Part shown: in pieces, positions 9,687 to 20,347 of the stretch
Position numbering within the stretch: position 1 is the first letter of the stretch
Layout: each line of letters opens with the position of its first letter
Source: Candidatus Bathyarchaeota archaeon
GTDB taxonomy: Archaea; Thermoproteota; Bathyarchaeia; Bathyarchaeales; Bathycorpusculaceae
Assembly: GCA_963827165.1 (NCBI GenBank)
Contig: CAWGZR010000005.1
Location: 672,001 to 736,000 of the forward strand
Direction: 5' to 3'
Length of the DNA: 64,000 nt
The notes under the pieces: model-generated
Told to the model about the DNA's origin: nothing
Database searches by the model: none
Seen by the model: only the letters and a program-made list of their open reading frames with translations
Program-made: the position numbers and the translations under genes

Positions 9687-10520
9687 CTATTGAAAACTAT
9701 TTCTCGGCGACGGCTTTCCGCCGTTCTCTTTAACCAAACTTGCTAGCTGACGCATTGCTTTTGTTAACATCTCTTCGGGTTTGTCTTCGTGTTTTGCCGC
9801 GGTCGTTAAGTGGATTTCGATGTGAGGTTTGTTTTCGGCGCCCAACGGATGCGACTTGATATAAACTCCAACGTTGGCAGCCATCACTTTATCAATGAGC
9901 GGCGCCAACTGCGACTCCATAATATCCTCTAGGAACATGCTTTTTTCGCAAAACACCCTGTCGCCCACAGCTTCTTTGAGTAGCGGTTCAATTGTCTCAG
10001 TAAAAATGGCTTCCATCTCTGACGGAACTCCTGGCAGTGCAAACAAAACCGTTCCATTCAAATCAAGACGGACGGCTGGCGCTGTGCCGACTGGGTTTTG
10101 GATTGGTTCAGTTTTCTCGGGCAATGTCGCCATTTTGACTCTTGCGGGAGTCATCTCACCTTGGGGTAGGTTTCTTTTCTTGGTGTATTCAATATATTTT
10201 GCCTTTACCATTGCCAACGCTTTTTGGTTGACTTCCAATTTGCGGTTAAACGCCGCAGCTACACCCTCCAAAGTCTTATCATCAAAAGTTGGACCTAACC
10301 CGCCGGAAGTGACGATAAACCGGGGATTCCGCTCTACGGCTTCTCGTGTGACTTTGGCTATTTCTTCAACTATGTCTTGGACGACGGTTACGCGTTTGAC
10401 GTTTGCGCCCAGATATGTGGCTTCCTTTCCCATCCAGAACGCGTTTGTGTTAAGTGTCTTGCCGATTAGTAACTCATTGCCCACACAGATTATTTCTAAG
10501 TCTACCGTCATAGCCTTCAC
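9687..10520 (-). CDS. CinA-like protein (MoCF-biosynthesis-type N-terminal domain)
   Basis: VGNELLIG, NTNA, SGGLGPTFDDKT, NPVGTAP, LPGVPSEM motifs. Confidence 0.88.
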   Translation of the reverse strand: MKAMTVDLEIICVGNELLIGKTLNTNAFWMGKEATYLGANVKRVTVVQDIVEEIAKVTREAVERNPRFIVTSGGLGPTFDDKTLEGVAAAFNRKLEVNQKALAMVKAKYIEYTKKRNLPQGEMTPARVKMATLPEKTEPIQNPVGTAPAVRLDLNGTVLFALPGVPSEMEAIFTETIEPLLKEAVGDRVFCEKSMFLEDIMESQLAPLIDKVMAANVGVYIKSHPLGAENKPHIEIHLTTAAKHEDKPEEMLTKAMRQLASLVKENGGKPSPRNSFQ

Positions 10521-10602
10521 TTGATAAATCCAAGTTATTAGAAAAGGTTGTTTTATAGTATTTGCTAGCTAAACGTGTAAAATCTCTCGGAGTTGGGCGG
10601 CT

Positions 10603-10809
10603 TTATTTTTTCTTGCTAAGATACCAGTTGAGATATTCTTTTCTGCGGTTTTGTTTTTGCTCTTCCTCTGTTTCTTCTTCGGGACGGTTCTTATCCCGCA
10701 AATCATTTAGTTCCTGCTGTGTCATTTGTAATCCGCAGCTTTTGCAGATGTAGCGTTTGGTGCCTATTTCGTAATGGCATTCGCCGCCGCATTCAGGACA
10801 GTAAATCAT
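10603..10809 (-). CDS. Small zinc-ribbon protein
   Basis: MIYCPECGG...YICKSCG with a charged tail ending [10 protein letters not shown]. Confidence 0.75.
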   Translation of the reverse strand: MIYCPECGGECHYEIGTKRYICKSCGLQMTQQELNDLRDKNRPEEETEEEQKQNRRKEYLNWYLSKKK

Positions 10810-11020
10810 TTTTCCTTTCTCTTCGCGAATTTTACAGTTTAATCGCCGCCGCAGAGATATTAGTCTTCGCATCGAAAACAAGGGTTTTCAAAGGCTTTTT
10901 ATCCCAAACACATGTTCCTTATCGCCAGCAAGCTCTTTTAGAGAAAAATCTATTCCGTGGTTTTCAAAAAGCTTTTATAATAAACAAACAATTGCAAGGG
11001 GTAATACGTCAACTGAGGAA

Positions 11021-11602
11021 TTGAAAATGAGTAACGATTTCATAAGTAAACTGGCTAACCCCGCTCCGCTTGGGTTGTTAGGATTCGGTTTAACCACTGT
11101 TCTGCTTAACCTAGTTAACGCAGGCGCGTTTCCGCTGGACACAATGATTTTAGCTATGGGTATCGCTTATGGGGGAGTCGCCCAAATTATCGTTGGCGCC
11201 ATGGAATATAAGAAAGGTAACACTTTCGGCACCGTAGCATTCACGTCCTACGGCTTGTTTTGGTGGAGTTTCGTTCTACTATTGATTCTGCCCAAATTCA
11301 CCGGGTTCGCTGCTCCATCCGCAGCTTCATTGGCCGCGTACTTCATAATGTGGGGGATCTTCACATTTGCAATGTTCTTCGGCACACTGAAAGCTAACCG
11401 GGCATTGCAGCTGGTCTTCGGTAGCTTAACCGTTCTGTTCATCATCCTAGCGATCACTCAATATGCTAAAAGCACCACCTTCACGCACATAACAGGCATC
11501 GAAGGCATCATATGCGGATTAAGCGCGGTATATCTTGGAGTGGCAGAAGTCCTAAATGAATCGCATAAGAAAACTGTCCTCCCAATTTTCCCAACCAGCT
11601 AA
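11021..11602 (+). CDS. satP: Acetate/succinate channel, GPR1/FUN34/YaaH family
   Basis: [12 protein letters not shown] and [16 protein letters not shown] motifs; six TM helices. Confidence 0.92.
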   Translation: MKMSNDFISKLANPAPLGLLGFGLTTVLLNLVNAGAFPLDTMILAMGIAYGGVAQIIVGAMEYKKGNTFGTVAFTSYGLFWWSFVLLLILPKFTGFAAPSAASLAAYFIMWGIFTFAMFFGTLKANRALQLVFGSLTVLFIILAITQYAKSTTFTHITGIEGIICGLSAVYLGVAEVLNESHKKTVLPIFPTS

Positions 11603-11760
11603 TCATCTCAACTCTTTTTTCATTTTAAAAGAATAACTGAAGTATGAATTAGGTCTGCGATTCAACTTTATCTGAAGTCTGCATTTTTTCTCCTTTCGGA
11701 AGTTTCTTCTGAACGCTGCCTTCGCCTTAACAGTCTATTGAAAATCTCCTTTTCTTTAAA

Positions 11761-12113
11761 TATTGTCAATTTGCGTCAAATTACATCATTTTGTGTCAAT
11801 TCACGTCAAATTGTCTCAAATAAATCCAACCCACAGCTGATTTTCAAGCTTCCGAAAAAAAACAATTCAAAAAACAGAGGAAAAAAATTTTTGCGCCAAA
11901 AAACTCGAAATTACTGCTCACAAACCTGTGTTCTCATTCTACGATCTTTTTAATCCATTTGGGATGTTTTTAGATGTTTCTAGAGGTTTCTAGATCTTTC
12001 TAGAGGTTTCTAGATCTTTTTAGATGTTTTTAGAGAACTGTTGCAATCAATTTAAGCTCTATTTCAAAAAAACAACCCATTTCACAAACAAAAAAATTTA
12101 GATAAAAAAAATT
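11761..12113 (+). repeat. 10-bp-periodic repeat modules with A-tract tails (locus 2)
   Basis: 6x TTGYGTCAAW-like (11761-11820) plus tail CAACCCACAGCTGATTTTCAAGCT..., then about 8x TAGATGTTTC-like (11961-12036) plus tail GTTGCAATCAATTTAAGCTC...CACAAACAAAAAAATTT. Confidence 0.85.
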
Positions 12114-12161
12114 TGATAATTAAAGACGCCAGCAAAACATCAACGCGAAAACACGCTAACT

Positions 12162-12175
12162 GAAAAACTTATATT
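12162..12175 (+). promoter_or_regulatory. BRE-TATA promoter of acs
   Basis: GAAAAACTTATATT ending about 33 bp upstream of the acs ORF start. Confidence 0.55.
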
Positions 12176-12207
12176 CTCTGATGCTTTACCATTTAAAATA
12201 ATTCAGG

Positions 12208-14175
12208 TTGAGCGAGATGTCAGAATCTAGTTTGCCTTTTGAAGAAAGGTATTGTCCAAGTATCGCAAAATTTTCTAATGGAGAAAAAAGAAAACAAGAA
12301 TCCGAAAAAGCACTCAAGGATCCTCAAGCTTACTGGTCTGAAAAGGCAAAAGCCATCGATTGGTTGAAGCCTTTTAGCAAAGTCCTTGATGATTCAAACC
12401 CGCCGTTCTTCAAGTGGTTCCCAGATGGGGAACTAAACATTTGCTATAACGCCATAGACCGGCACATAAATGGTCCCCGCAAGAACAAGCTTGCCTATAT
12501 TTGGGAAGGCGAAATGGGCGAAGTAAAAACTTACACTTACTATCAGCTTTACCGAGAAGTAAACAAGTTTGCAAAAGCACTCAAAGACCTCGGCGTCCAA
12601 AAAGGCGACCGTGTCGCAGTTTTCCTCCCAGTTATTCCCGAGTTGCCAATGGCTCTGCTTGCCACGGCAAGAATAGGCGGAATCCATACTGTAGTTTTTT
12701 CGGGATTTAGCGCTGAAGCATTAGCAGACAGAGTGAATGACTGTGGAGCAAAAATTCTAATCACCGCAGACGGCTCATTCCGAAGAGGAAAACCAGTTGG
12801 CATTAAAGACAACGCCGACCGCGCAATGTCTCTCATGCCTAACATCGAAAAAGTAATAGTTGTCAAGCGTACATGTCAACCAGTCCAGATGAAGGAAGGC
12901 AGAGACATCTGGTACCATGACGCTCTGGCAAACGCAGGCGCAAGTGCCTACGTGGAACCAGAAAGCATGAAATCCACCGATCCACTATTCATTCTCTACA
13001 CTTCAGGAACCACAGGCAAACCAAAAGGTGTTCAACATGGAATAGGCGGATACCTTGTATGGGCTTACTGGACCCTAAAGTGGGCTTTTAACCCAACAGA
13101 CGAAGACATTTACTGGTGTGTCGCAGACATCGGCTGGATCACTGGGCACACATACAACGTATATGCGCCTCTGAGCCATGGAATCACTGCGTTCCTGTTC
13201 GAAGGTACACCTGACTACCCAGGGCAAGACCGCTGGTGGGACATGATCGAAAGACACGGCGTAACCATCCTTTACGGCACCCCAACTGCGGTGCGAATGT
13301 TCATGAAATTCGGCGAAGCCCTCGTTCTAAAACATGACCTAAGCACTCTACGTATCCTCGGCTCAGTCGGCGAACCAATAAACCCCGAAGCTTGGAAATG
13401 GTATTACCGCGTCATTGGCAAAGAAAAACTCCCAATAATCGACACTTGGTGGCAAACAGAAACCGGCGGATTCATGATTTCACCCGCCTCAGGAATAGAA
13501 CTCACACCGCAAAAACCAGGAAGCGCAACATTGCCACTGCCCTCAGTTAACGCAGACATCTACGACGAGAAAGGACAGTCAGTGCCGCAAGGTACCAAAG
13601 GAGTGCTAGTACTCAAGTCACCGTGGCCGGGCATGCTGCAGACAATATGGAAAGACCCTGACCGCTTCAAGCAAACTTACTATGGACGATGGCCAGGAAT
13701 CTACTTCTCAGGCGACTACGCAGTACGCGATCCAGACGGATACTTCTGGCTCTTAGGCAGATCCGACGAAGTCCTCAAAGTGGCAGGACACCGAATCGGC
13801 ACCGTTGAGCTTGAAAGTGCATTAGTTGCTCATCCAGCAGTTTCAGAAGCAGCAGTAATGGGCAAAGAAGACGCGGTCAAAGGAGAAGTTCCAGTGGCCT
13901 TCGTCGTTCTGCGAAGCGGCTTCGCGCCTTCAGACGAGCTCCGCACTGAACTCATAAAGCAAATCAGAACCACAATCGGCCCCATAGCCACCCCCGATGC
14001 AATCGTATTCGTCAACAAGATGCCAAAAACCCGAAGCGGCAAAATCATGCGTAGACTACTAAAGGCAGTCCTAACCGGCGCACCGTTGGGAGACACATCG
14101 ACAATCGAAGACGAAGGCTCCATCGAAGACATAAAAGCAACATACAGTGAACTGCGAAAGCAACTCACTAAATAA
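12208..14175 (+). CDS. acs: AMP-forming acetyl-CoA synthetase
   Basis: YTSGTTGKPKG, DTWWQTETGG, GHRIGT, PKTRSGKIMRR (acetylatable Lys motif). Confidence 0.96.
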   Translation: MSEMSESSLPFEERYCPSIAKFSNGEKRKQESEKALKDPQAYWSEKAKAIDWLKPFSKVLDDSNPPFFKWFPDGELNICYNAIDRHINGPRKNKLAYIWEGEMGEVKTYTYYQLYREVNKFAKALKDLGVQKGDRVAVFLPVIPELPMALLATARIGGIHTVVFSGFSAEALADRVNDCGAKILITADGSFRRGKPVGIKDNADRAMSLMPNIEKVIVVKRTCQPVQMKEGRDIWYHDALANAGASAYVEPESMKSTDPLFILYTSGTTGKPKGVQHGIGGYLVWAYWTLKWAFNPTDEDIYWCVADIGWITGHTYNVYAPLSHGITAFLFEGTPDYPGQDRWWDMIERHGVTILYGTPTAVRMFMKFGEALVLKHDLSTLRILGSVGEPINPEAWKWYYRVIGKEKLPIIDTWWQTETGGFMISPASGIELTPQKPGSATLPLPSVNADIYDEKGQSVPQGTKGVLVLKSPWPGMLQTIWKDPDRFKQTYYGRWPGIYFSGDYAVRDPDGYFWLLGRSDEVLKVAGHRIGTVELESALVAHPAVSEAAVMGKEDAVKGEVPVAFVVLRSGFAPSDELRTELIKQIRTTIGPIATPDAIVFVNKMPKTRSGKIMRRLLKAVLTGAPLGDTSTIEDEGSIEDIKATYSELRKQLTK

Positions 14176-14226
14176 TTTTCTTTCTTCTTTATCTTTTTTG
14201 TTCCAAGAAATTTTTCTTTTCTTCGA

Positions 14227-17064
14227 CTAAGCGGCAACCTTCTGAGTTTCGCTCAGCTGTGGTGTGACCGCTTTGATTTTTTTCTTGGTCGTCTGATCAT
14301 TGACTTGTTGAGTTTGTATTTGTTCAATCTTGGGTTCTGTTTTTAATTCCGCCAAACAGATGTTATCGGCGTCTTCGTTTTTTAGATTCAATGTTCCTCT
14401 GGCGGTTCCATCACCGAGGTATTCAAAACTGAACCCCATCTTCTTCATGAGATCCATTGCCCGCGCGTTGTCAGGGAGCACAATTGCATAGATCTCCTCT
14501 AACCCTTTCTCCTTAGCTATGTCAAGAACGTAATCAACCATTTTAGTGCCTAACCCATAACCTTGGTATTGGTCACGTACAATGAATGCGACCTCGCCGT
14601 TTTTCCCATCTGACTCTATGCTTACACGGGCGACGCCCAATATTTTTCTCTGCGGGCTCTTTACCAGTTCGGCCACTATTGCTATTTCCCGGTCGTAATC
14701 TATGTTGCAGTAACGTACTACAACTTCATGCGGGGTGTCTCTTAATATCTCAAAGAACCTGTAACGTATGGATTCCTCAGAAAAACCCTGAAACATATCC
14801 AGCCACAGCGGCTCATCTTCTGGCTTTATCGGTCTTAATAGCACTTCTTCGCCGGTTTTTAAAGACCAGATTGTCTCGTACTTTTTTGGGTATGGACTAA
14901 TCACCATGTGCTCGTGGGGACCAAATTTTCTGCAGACCTCTTCTTTGTTGATTGCGATGCGGGCGTCAAGGATGTAGGCTCCTTTCTCGCTCACCAGCAA
15001 CGGGTTGATGCTGACTTCTTTTATTTGCGGAAAATCCACAAGAAGCTTGGAAAAGAGAAGCAGCGTTTCAATGACTTTCTTGGTGTCCACGGGTGGAGTG
15101 TTGCGGTAGCCTTTGAGAAGCTTGTAGACTTTGGTTTCCTCCATCATGCGTCGGACCAACGTGATGTTTAGTGGAGGCAGCCCTATTGAGTAGTCTTTAA
15201 AGAGGTCAATTCCTGCTCCAGCCATCCCGAACAAGATGACGGGTCCCCAAACAGGGTCGGTTTTGCCTCCGATGATGAGTTCGTACCCTTTTTCCTCGAT
15301 CATGTGCTGAACAACGACGCCGATTACTTGCGCTTCAGGTTTATAGTCCGTTGCCCGCTGAACTAGGCTCTGGTAGGCTTCCCGAACTTCTCCTGGCGAA
15401 TTCACGTTTAGAACGACTCCGCCTGCCGCTTTCTTGCTTACGATTTGCGGCGAAAGAATTTTGAGAACCACTGGAAACCCGATTTCCTGCGCATATGAAA
15501 CGGCTTCATCAGCGTTATGGGCAACTAGGCTTTTGAGTATTGGAAAATTGTAGTATTTTAGGATGCTTTCGGCTTCTTCGTCGGTTAAGATTTCCCGATT
15601 GTTAAAAGCTGCGTTTCTGATGATCGCCATAACGGGACGTTTAGGTGGAGAAGCGTCAAGCGGCAGCTCTTCAGGAGTTTCGTAGAGAAGCTCTAAGTTG
15701 CGTTGGTAATTGTACATGTACATGTAGGTTTTGGTTGCTTGGTCAGGAGTCGAATACGTTGGGATATCGTTTGCGCTGAAGATTTTGTTTGCATGCATCA
15801 CAGCGTCGAAACCCATGAACGATGTCAAGATGGTTTTGTTCTTGTAGGATCTGCTGTTAACGAGATCAACGATGCTTTTTGCTATTTCAGCCGGTTCCGA
15901 TCCTGCCTGCTGAGTAAAGATGATCAGTATTCCATCTACCGTGTCATCGTCAAGGCATGCTCCGACTGCAGCTCTGTAATAGTCCGAGATGGCGTCGCCG
16001 ACTACGTCGATGGGATTGCCTTTACTCCAGAAGGGCGGTAACACGCTGTTTAGAACCTCCATGGTTTTCTCACTTAGTTTAGCCAGTTTCCCACCTTGTG
16101 CAATTAATGCATCTGTAGCCATTACTCCAGCCCCGCCTGCGTTGGTTATTATGGCGAGTCTTGACCCTTTCGGCAAAGGTTGAGTCCCCAGAACCTGTGC
16201 TGCATTAAACAAATCGTTGATTTCTTGAACGCGCACTATGCCCGCACGTTTGAAGGCAGCGTCGTAAATTTCGTCGTCTCCTGCGACTGATCCTGTATGG
16301 GACGCGGCTGCTTTGGCGCTTTCAGGGTATTTGCCCGCCTTCACCACTATTATCGGTTTGGTTCTTGAAAAGTGCCTTGCAGCGCTCATGAATTTTCGGG
16401 CGTCAGTTATTCCTTCCACATACATTATTATGCTCTTAGTTTTCGGGTCAGAACCAAAATAATCGACTAAATCTCCGAAGTCAACGTCAACCATCGAGCC
16501 GACCGAGACAAAGTTGCTTAACCCGATGTTTTCATGGATTGCCCAGTCAAGAATCGCTGAGCCTAAGGCGCCGCTTTGAGATATAAATGCAATGTTGCCT
16601 GCTTTAGGCATCTTATCCAAAAAAGAAGCGTTCAGGTTTATTCTGGGTCGAATAACACCGATGCAGTTTGGCCCGATAATTCGGATGTCATATTTCTTCG
16701 CTACTTCTCCAATCGCATCTTCCAACAGCTTTCCTTCAATACCTGTCTCTTTGAACCCTGCTGAAACGATGATAACACCCTTAACCTTCGCCCTCCCACA
16801 TTGCTCCATAACTTCTTGCATAGTTTTCGCCGGCGTGGCGATAATAGCTAAGTCGATGGGTTCAGAAATTTGGTCGATTGACTTGAAGGTTTTGACGCCG
16901 AAAATCTCTGGTTTGCGAATGTTCACAAAATAATATTTGCCCGCGAAGCCGAGTTGAGTAAAGTTTTTGGCTATTAAGTAGCCTACTGAGCCTTCAACGT
17001 CGCTGGCTCCTATTATTGCGACGCTTTTCGGGTTGAAAATATTATCAAGATTTTTGGTGACCAT
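14227..17064 (-). CDS. ACD-like (CoA-binding, ligase, ATP-grasp) plus C-terminal GNAT: Pat/PatZ-type protein lysine acetyltransferase
   Basis: GPNCIG, SQSGALG, AASHTG, NPIDV, then a GNAT domain (LRPIKPED...YQGYGLG...NARAM..KKMGF). Confidence 0.85.
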   Translation of the reverse strand: MVTKNLDNIFNPKSVAIIGASDVEGSVGYLIAKNFTQLGFAGKYYFVNIRKPEIFGVKTFKSIDQISEPIDLAIIATPAKTMQEVMEQCGRAKVKGVIIVSAGFKETGIEGKLLEDAIGEVAKKYDIRIIGPNCIGVIRPRINLNASFLDKMPKAGNIAFISQSGALGSAILDWAIHENIGLSNFVSVGSMVDVDFGDLVDYFGSDPKTKSIIMYVEGITDARKFMSAARHFSRTKPIIVVKAGKYPESAKAAASHTGSVAGDDEIYDAAFKRAGIVRVQEINDLFNAAQVLGTQPLPKGSRLAIITNAGGAGVMATDALIAQGGKLAKLSEKTMEVLNSVLPPFWSKGNPIDVVGDAISDYYRAAVGACLDDDTVDGILIIFTQQAGSEPAEIAKSIVDLVNSRSYKNKTILTSFMGFDAVMHANKIFSANDIPTYSTPDQATKTYMYMYNYQRNLELLYETPEELPLDASPPKRPVMAIIRNAAFNNREILTDEEAESILKYYNFPILKSLVAHNADEAVSYAQEIGFPVVLKILSPQIVSKKAAGGVVLNVNSPGEVREAYQSLVQRATDYKPEAQVIGVVVQHMIEEKGYELIIGGKTDPVWGPVILFGMAGAGIDLFKDYSIGLPPLNITLVRRMMEETKVYKLLKGYRNTPPVDTKKVIETLLLFSKLLVDFPQIKEVSINPLLVSEKGAYILDARIAINKEEVCRKFGPHEHMVISPYPKKYETIWSLKTGEEVLLRPIKPEDEPLWLDMFQGFSEESIRYRFFEILRDTPHEVVVRYCNIDYDREIAIVAELVKSPQRKILGVARVSIESDGKNGEVAFIVRDQYQGYGLGTKMVDYVLDIAKEKGLEEIYAIVLPDNARAMDLMKKMGFSFEYLGDGTARGTLNLKNEDADNICLAELKTEPKIEQIQTQQVNDQTTKKKIKAVTPQLSETQKVAA

Positions 17065-17225
17065 TACCAGTTAGCCCCTGACTATGGAGTGAATACCCTA
17101 AGTTAAACCTACTCTGCCGCCCTATTTGATTTTTATGAATTATGTATTTCAAAAAGTGAGGCACAGAAGGATAATTAGAAATATACTGTGCCAATGTCGA
17201 TGGATTTTAAAAAATAAAGAAAAAT

Positions 17226-18209
17226 TTAGATGGGGTAAGCTCCGCAAACTTTGCAGAACTGTATCTTGGTTTTGATGTAGCTGTGGCATTTCGGGCATTG
17301 TATGCCGCCTTCGATTTTAGGGAAGATGTCTTTTGGTTTGCCGAATTTCTTGCGGAATACTTCATAGTAAAGCAGTTGCTCTTTGTCTTGGATTTCAACG
17401 TCGTCTGCCTCTTTGATTGCTGCTTTCTTCTCCGCGAATTCCTTCTCAGTTACCATGTCATTGAAGTAGGTCCTCAGAGTCTCTGTTCCTGTTCCCGCTT
17501 CAAGCGGCGCTTTAGGTCTCCAGATGACGTCTTTAGGAATCACATCCTCATAGGCCATGCGCAAAATCCATTTGCTATATTTCACGCCGTCATGCATGTT
17601 AATCTTGAATTTGATAGGCAACTTCATAGCCCAATCCATGAATGATGGGTCACGGTATGGTGCTTTGATTTTCATTCCAAGAGATTCCGCCATTGGGTCC
17701 GATGAGAAACCCATCTCCGCCCACATTTCCTTCTGTTTCACTTCGAATTCAGCTTCAGACAGATGGAATTGCCATGGGTAGCCGAAGAGTTCATCAAGTG
17801 CGTCACCGGTGAATACAGTTTTGATTCCTTTGGGTTTGAACAGGGTTAAGCCGATGTACACTGGTAGGCTGTTTCTGATTTCCATTGGGTCGAATTTTTT
17901 GAGTGCTTCCACAACTTTTGGGTAGAATTTCATTACGTCTTCTTTGCCAAACTGGTACGTCTCCTGTTTCAGGTGAAGGAGCTCAACCATCCGCTTTACG
18001 TATTCGGTGTCTTTTGGTTTTCCATGTTTAAAGGCTAAGGTTAGGCATGGTATGTCAGGTTTGTATTTTACTGCCTCATAGGCGATTATTTGGGTGTCGG
18101 TTCCAGCTGAAAATAAGAAGCCGTCAGCCATGTTGTCTTTGACACATTTGTTTATCAGGGTTCTGACTTTTGGCAAGAGTTTGGTATATTCTGAAGGGTC
18201 TAGCGTCAT
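17226..18209 (-). CDS. Asparagine-synthase-like ATP pyrophosphatase lacking a glutaminase domain, with C-terminal Zn ribbon
   Basis: Variant PP-loop FSAGTDT, TGDALDELFGY, KWILRMAYE, WRPKAP, CPKC..CKVC; likely start MTLDP at 18209. Confidence 0.8.
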   Translation of the reverse strand: MTLDPSEYTKLLPKVRTLINKCVKDNMADGFLFSAGTDTQIIAYEAVKYKPDIPCLTLAFKHGKPKDTEYVKRMVELLHLKQETYQFGKEDVMKFYPKVVEALKKFDPMEIRNSLPVYIGLTLFKPKGIKTVFTGDALDELFGYPWQFHLSEAEFEVKQKEMWAEMGFSSDPMAESLGMKIKAPYRDPSFMDWAMKLPIKFKINMHDGVKYSKWILRMAYEDVIPKDVIWRPKAPLEAGTGTETLRTYFNDMVTEKEFAEKKAAIKEADDVEIQDKEQLLYYEVFRKKFGKPKDIFPKIEGGIQCPKCHSYIKTKIQFCKVCGAYPI

Positions 18210-18386
18210 TTCTTTCCCTCGCAATGTATTGTTTGTCATTTTACCAGTATTTAAGTTTACCTTATGCATACAAAAGCCAATAAATTATAAACAAGTGTGC
18301 TGAAAGTGAGCAAAATACTGAACAGACGAGTTAAGACATCTGTCCAAAAAGGCCCTAATCGAAACATCACATTTAAAAGTTAAAAA

Positions 18387-19181
18387 ATGTCAGTCATAAC
18401 AACACCCGCAGGCGCCAGAGGTAGACCTTTGAAAGTAAGCCTACTGCATATGGAGATACGCAATACTTTTGAAGCAAACATAGCCGCAGCCAAAGCCGCA
18501 GTTGAAAAAGCCTCAAAAGAAAAACCAGCAATAATCGCCCTACCCGAATACTTCACCATACCCAACTGCATGGCAGATTTCACCGACGCACAAAAAATTT
18601 CCGAAGAAACCTGCAAAGAAACACTACGATTTCTGCAAGAAGAATCAAAACAGATCGGCGACATCTACCTTTTAGGTGGCTCTGTCCTCGAAGAAGACAA
18701 CGGACAATACTACAACACAAGCACCCTCTGGAAAAACGGCTCCCTATTGGCAAAATACAAAAAAATGAACCCAATACGAGCCGAAATCACAGCCGGGGTT
18801 GCCAGAGGCCGCCAACCCGTCGTTGTTGACACGCAAATCGGCAGAATTGGCCTGTTAGTTTGCGCTGATTCGTTTGACCCCGGTCTTGTGAAACGGGTCG
18901 CGGAGATGGGTGCAGAGATTGTTTCTCTTCCTGTTGCTGCAATGGGAACTCATCCCGTGGTGAAGGGCCACCCATTAACTGAAGGGATCGCACGTACATA
19001 CGGTCTGTTCCTGCTTAAGGTGGGGAATGTGTGTTCAAGCATGAGGGGGGGAAGAAGCGCCATAATCGCTCCATGGGGAACACTTGGCGAAGTAACTGAC
19101 GCGCCTGAAGACTCGATATTGACCCGAGACCTCGACTTTCCGCGATTAAAAGAATACCGAAGCAAACTCAATAGAGCTTAG
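18387..19181 (+). CDS. Carbon-nitrogen hydrolase (nitrilase superfamily)
   Basis: Glu-Lys-Cys triad in LPEYF, YKKMN and LVCAD; GRSAIIAPWG. Confidence 0.88.
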   Translation: MSVITTPAGARGRPLKVSLLHMEIRNTFEANIAAAKAAVEKASKEKPAIIALPEYFTIPNCMADFTDAQKISEETCKETLRFLQEESKQIGDIYLLGGSVLEEDNGQYYNTSTLWKNGSLLAKYKKMNPIRAEITAGVARGRQPVVVDTQIGRIGLLVCADSFDPGLVKRVAEMGAEIVSLPVAAMGTHPVVKGHPLTEGIARTYGLFLLKVGNVCSSMRGGRSAIIAPWGTLGEVTDAPEDSILTRDLDFPRLKEYRSKLNRA

Positions 19182-20052
19182 CCCAACCGTCAACGATTCG
19201 GCTCATTTCCTTAAAATCATATGTTTTCAGCCAATCTCTTAGATTTTCGTTTTGAACGGCAAACTTGCAAACTTGCCTCGCATTCTCAGAGTCATGCACC
19301 AGCAACAAAACAGCATCAACTTTGTGTCTCGAAACGTAAGCTACTGTTTTCAACAACGCCTCAAGTTTTTCGTCAGTTGGCATTTCAGCGCTCAACTCCA
19401 CCACAACAGGTTTCTTGAGTGATGCAACAAAATCCCTTGCCAACATGATCGCCCAGTAGTTAGTAAAGTAATCTCGTGATGAAAGCGGAACGTGAAAATA
19501 ATCAACCAAATCCGCTATCACGCCAAGGTCTAGACCATACCGCTCTTTCGCAAGAACTGGGTCAGGGTAAATTTCCACCGCGAAAGATCCCTTCACCCGC
19601 GATTTGGCTTCCTTCAAAAACTGGGTCACCGTTTGTGCTCTCCACTCTGTCCAGTTTAGCCCGCTTTGTTTCCAAAGTTCAACGCATCTGGGGCAGACGC
19701 AGTATTCTTGGTCGGGAAAATGGTATAGGTTTAGGGTTACGCCCAAAATGTTTTCCTTGCTTAAGCTTTCAATGTAGTTTAAGGCTTTTGCCTTGTAAGC
19801 TGGGTGGGTTGGGCATACAAAGTCAAAAGCAAGGTTTGAACGCTTGTTTTTGCGAAGCGCTGGACCCGTGTTTGACATTGCGACTAAGGTGGGGTCTTCT
19901 CTTATTGCTTTAGCGTCGCAAAAGACCGTGACGTCGTTTTGCATGTCTTTGGCGGCCGGAAAAACTTGTCCATCGGCAGATTTTGAATAATAAACTTGAA
20001 GGTCGTAGCCCTCGACTTTCTCGGGCTTGTAAGTTACTAACCCTATCTGCAT
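19168..20052 (-). CDS. Cys-rich putative TIM-barrel (glycoside-hydrolase-like) protein, paralog A
   Basis: DFVCPTHP, HFPDQEYCVCPRC, WTEWRAQTVTQFL, PDP..YG.D shared with 21457..22362. Confidence 0.6.
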   Translation of the reverse strand: MQIGLVTYKPEKVEGYDLQVYYSKSADGQVFPAAKDMQNDVTVFCDAKAIREDPTLVAMSNTGPALRKNKRSNLAFDFVCPTHPAYKAKALNYIESLSKENILGVTLNLYHFPDQEYCVCPRCVELWKQSGLNWTEWRAQTVTQFLKEAKSRVKGSFAVEIYPDPVLAKERYGLDLGVIADLVDYFHVPLSSRDYFTNYWAIMLARDFVASLKKPVVVELSAEMPTDEKLEALLKTVAYVSRHKVDAVLLLVHDSENARQVCKFAVQNENLRDWLKTYDFKEMSRIVDGWAKLY

Positions 20053-20104
20053 ATTTCCTTAGTTGATGCGCGCAAACAATATATTCTTGGCGCTTGATTA
20101 ACTT

Positions 20105-20323
20105 TTGATTCGCATGGGCAAACAGAAAAAATCTCCAATTATTATTGACATCACCAAATGTACTCCTTGTGCAGGAATCATCTGCGTCGGCGTTTGCCCT
20201 CAAGCTGTGTTTGAAGAAGGCAAAAATAGAAAGCCGGAGATAATCGACGTGGTTGAGTGTACTCAATGTGGCGTCTGCGTGAGTTTGTGTCCAGCAAAAG
20301 CAATTACTATAACCAAGTCGTAA
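20105..20323 (+). CDS. 2[4Fe-4S] ferredoxin
   Basis: CTPCAGIICVGVCP and CTQCGVCVSLCP. Confidence 0.9.
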   Translation: MIRMGKQKKSPIIIDITKCTPCAGIICVGVCPQAVFEEGKNRKPEIIDVVECTQCGVCVSLCPAKAITITKS

Positions 20324-20347
20324 CAGAGAGTTAAGGCGCCAAAAATC

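Noticed and set aside
9874-10524. Long antisense ORFs (also 22825-23448, 41921-42532, 43826-44380 and others)
   Set aside because: Shadow or alternate frames of well-supported genes.
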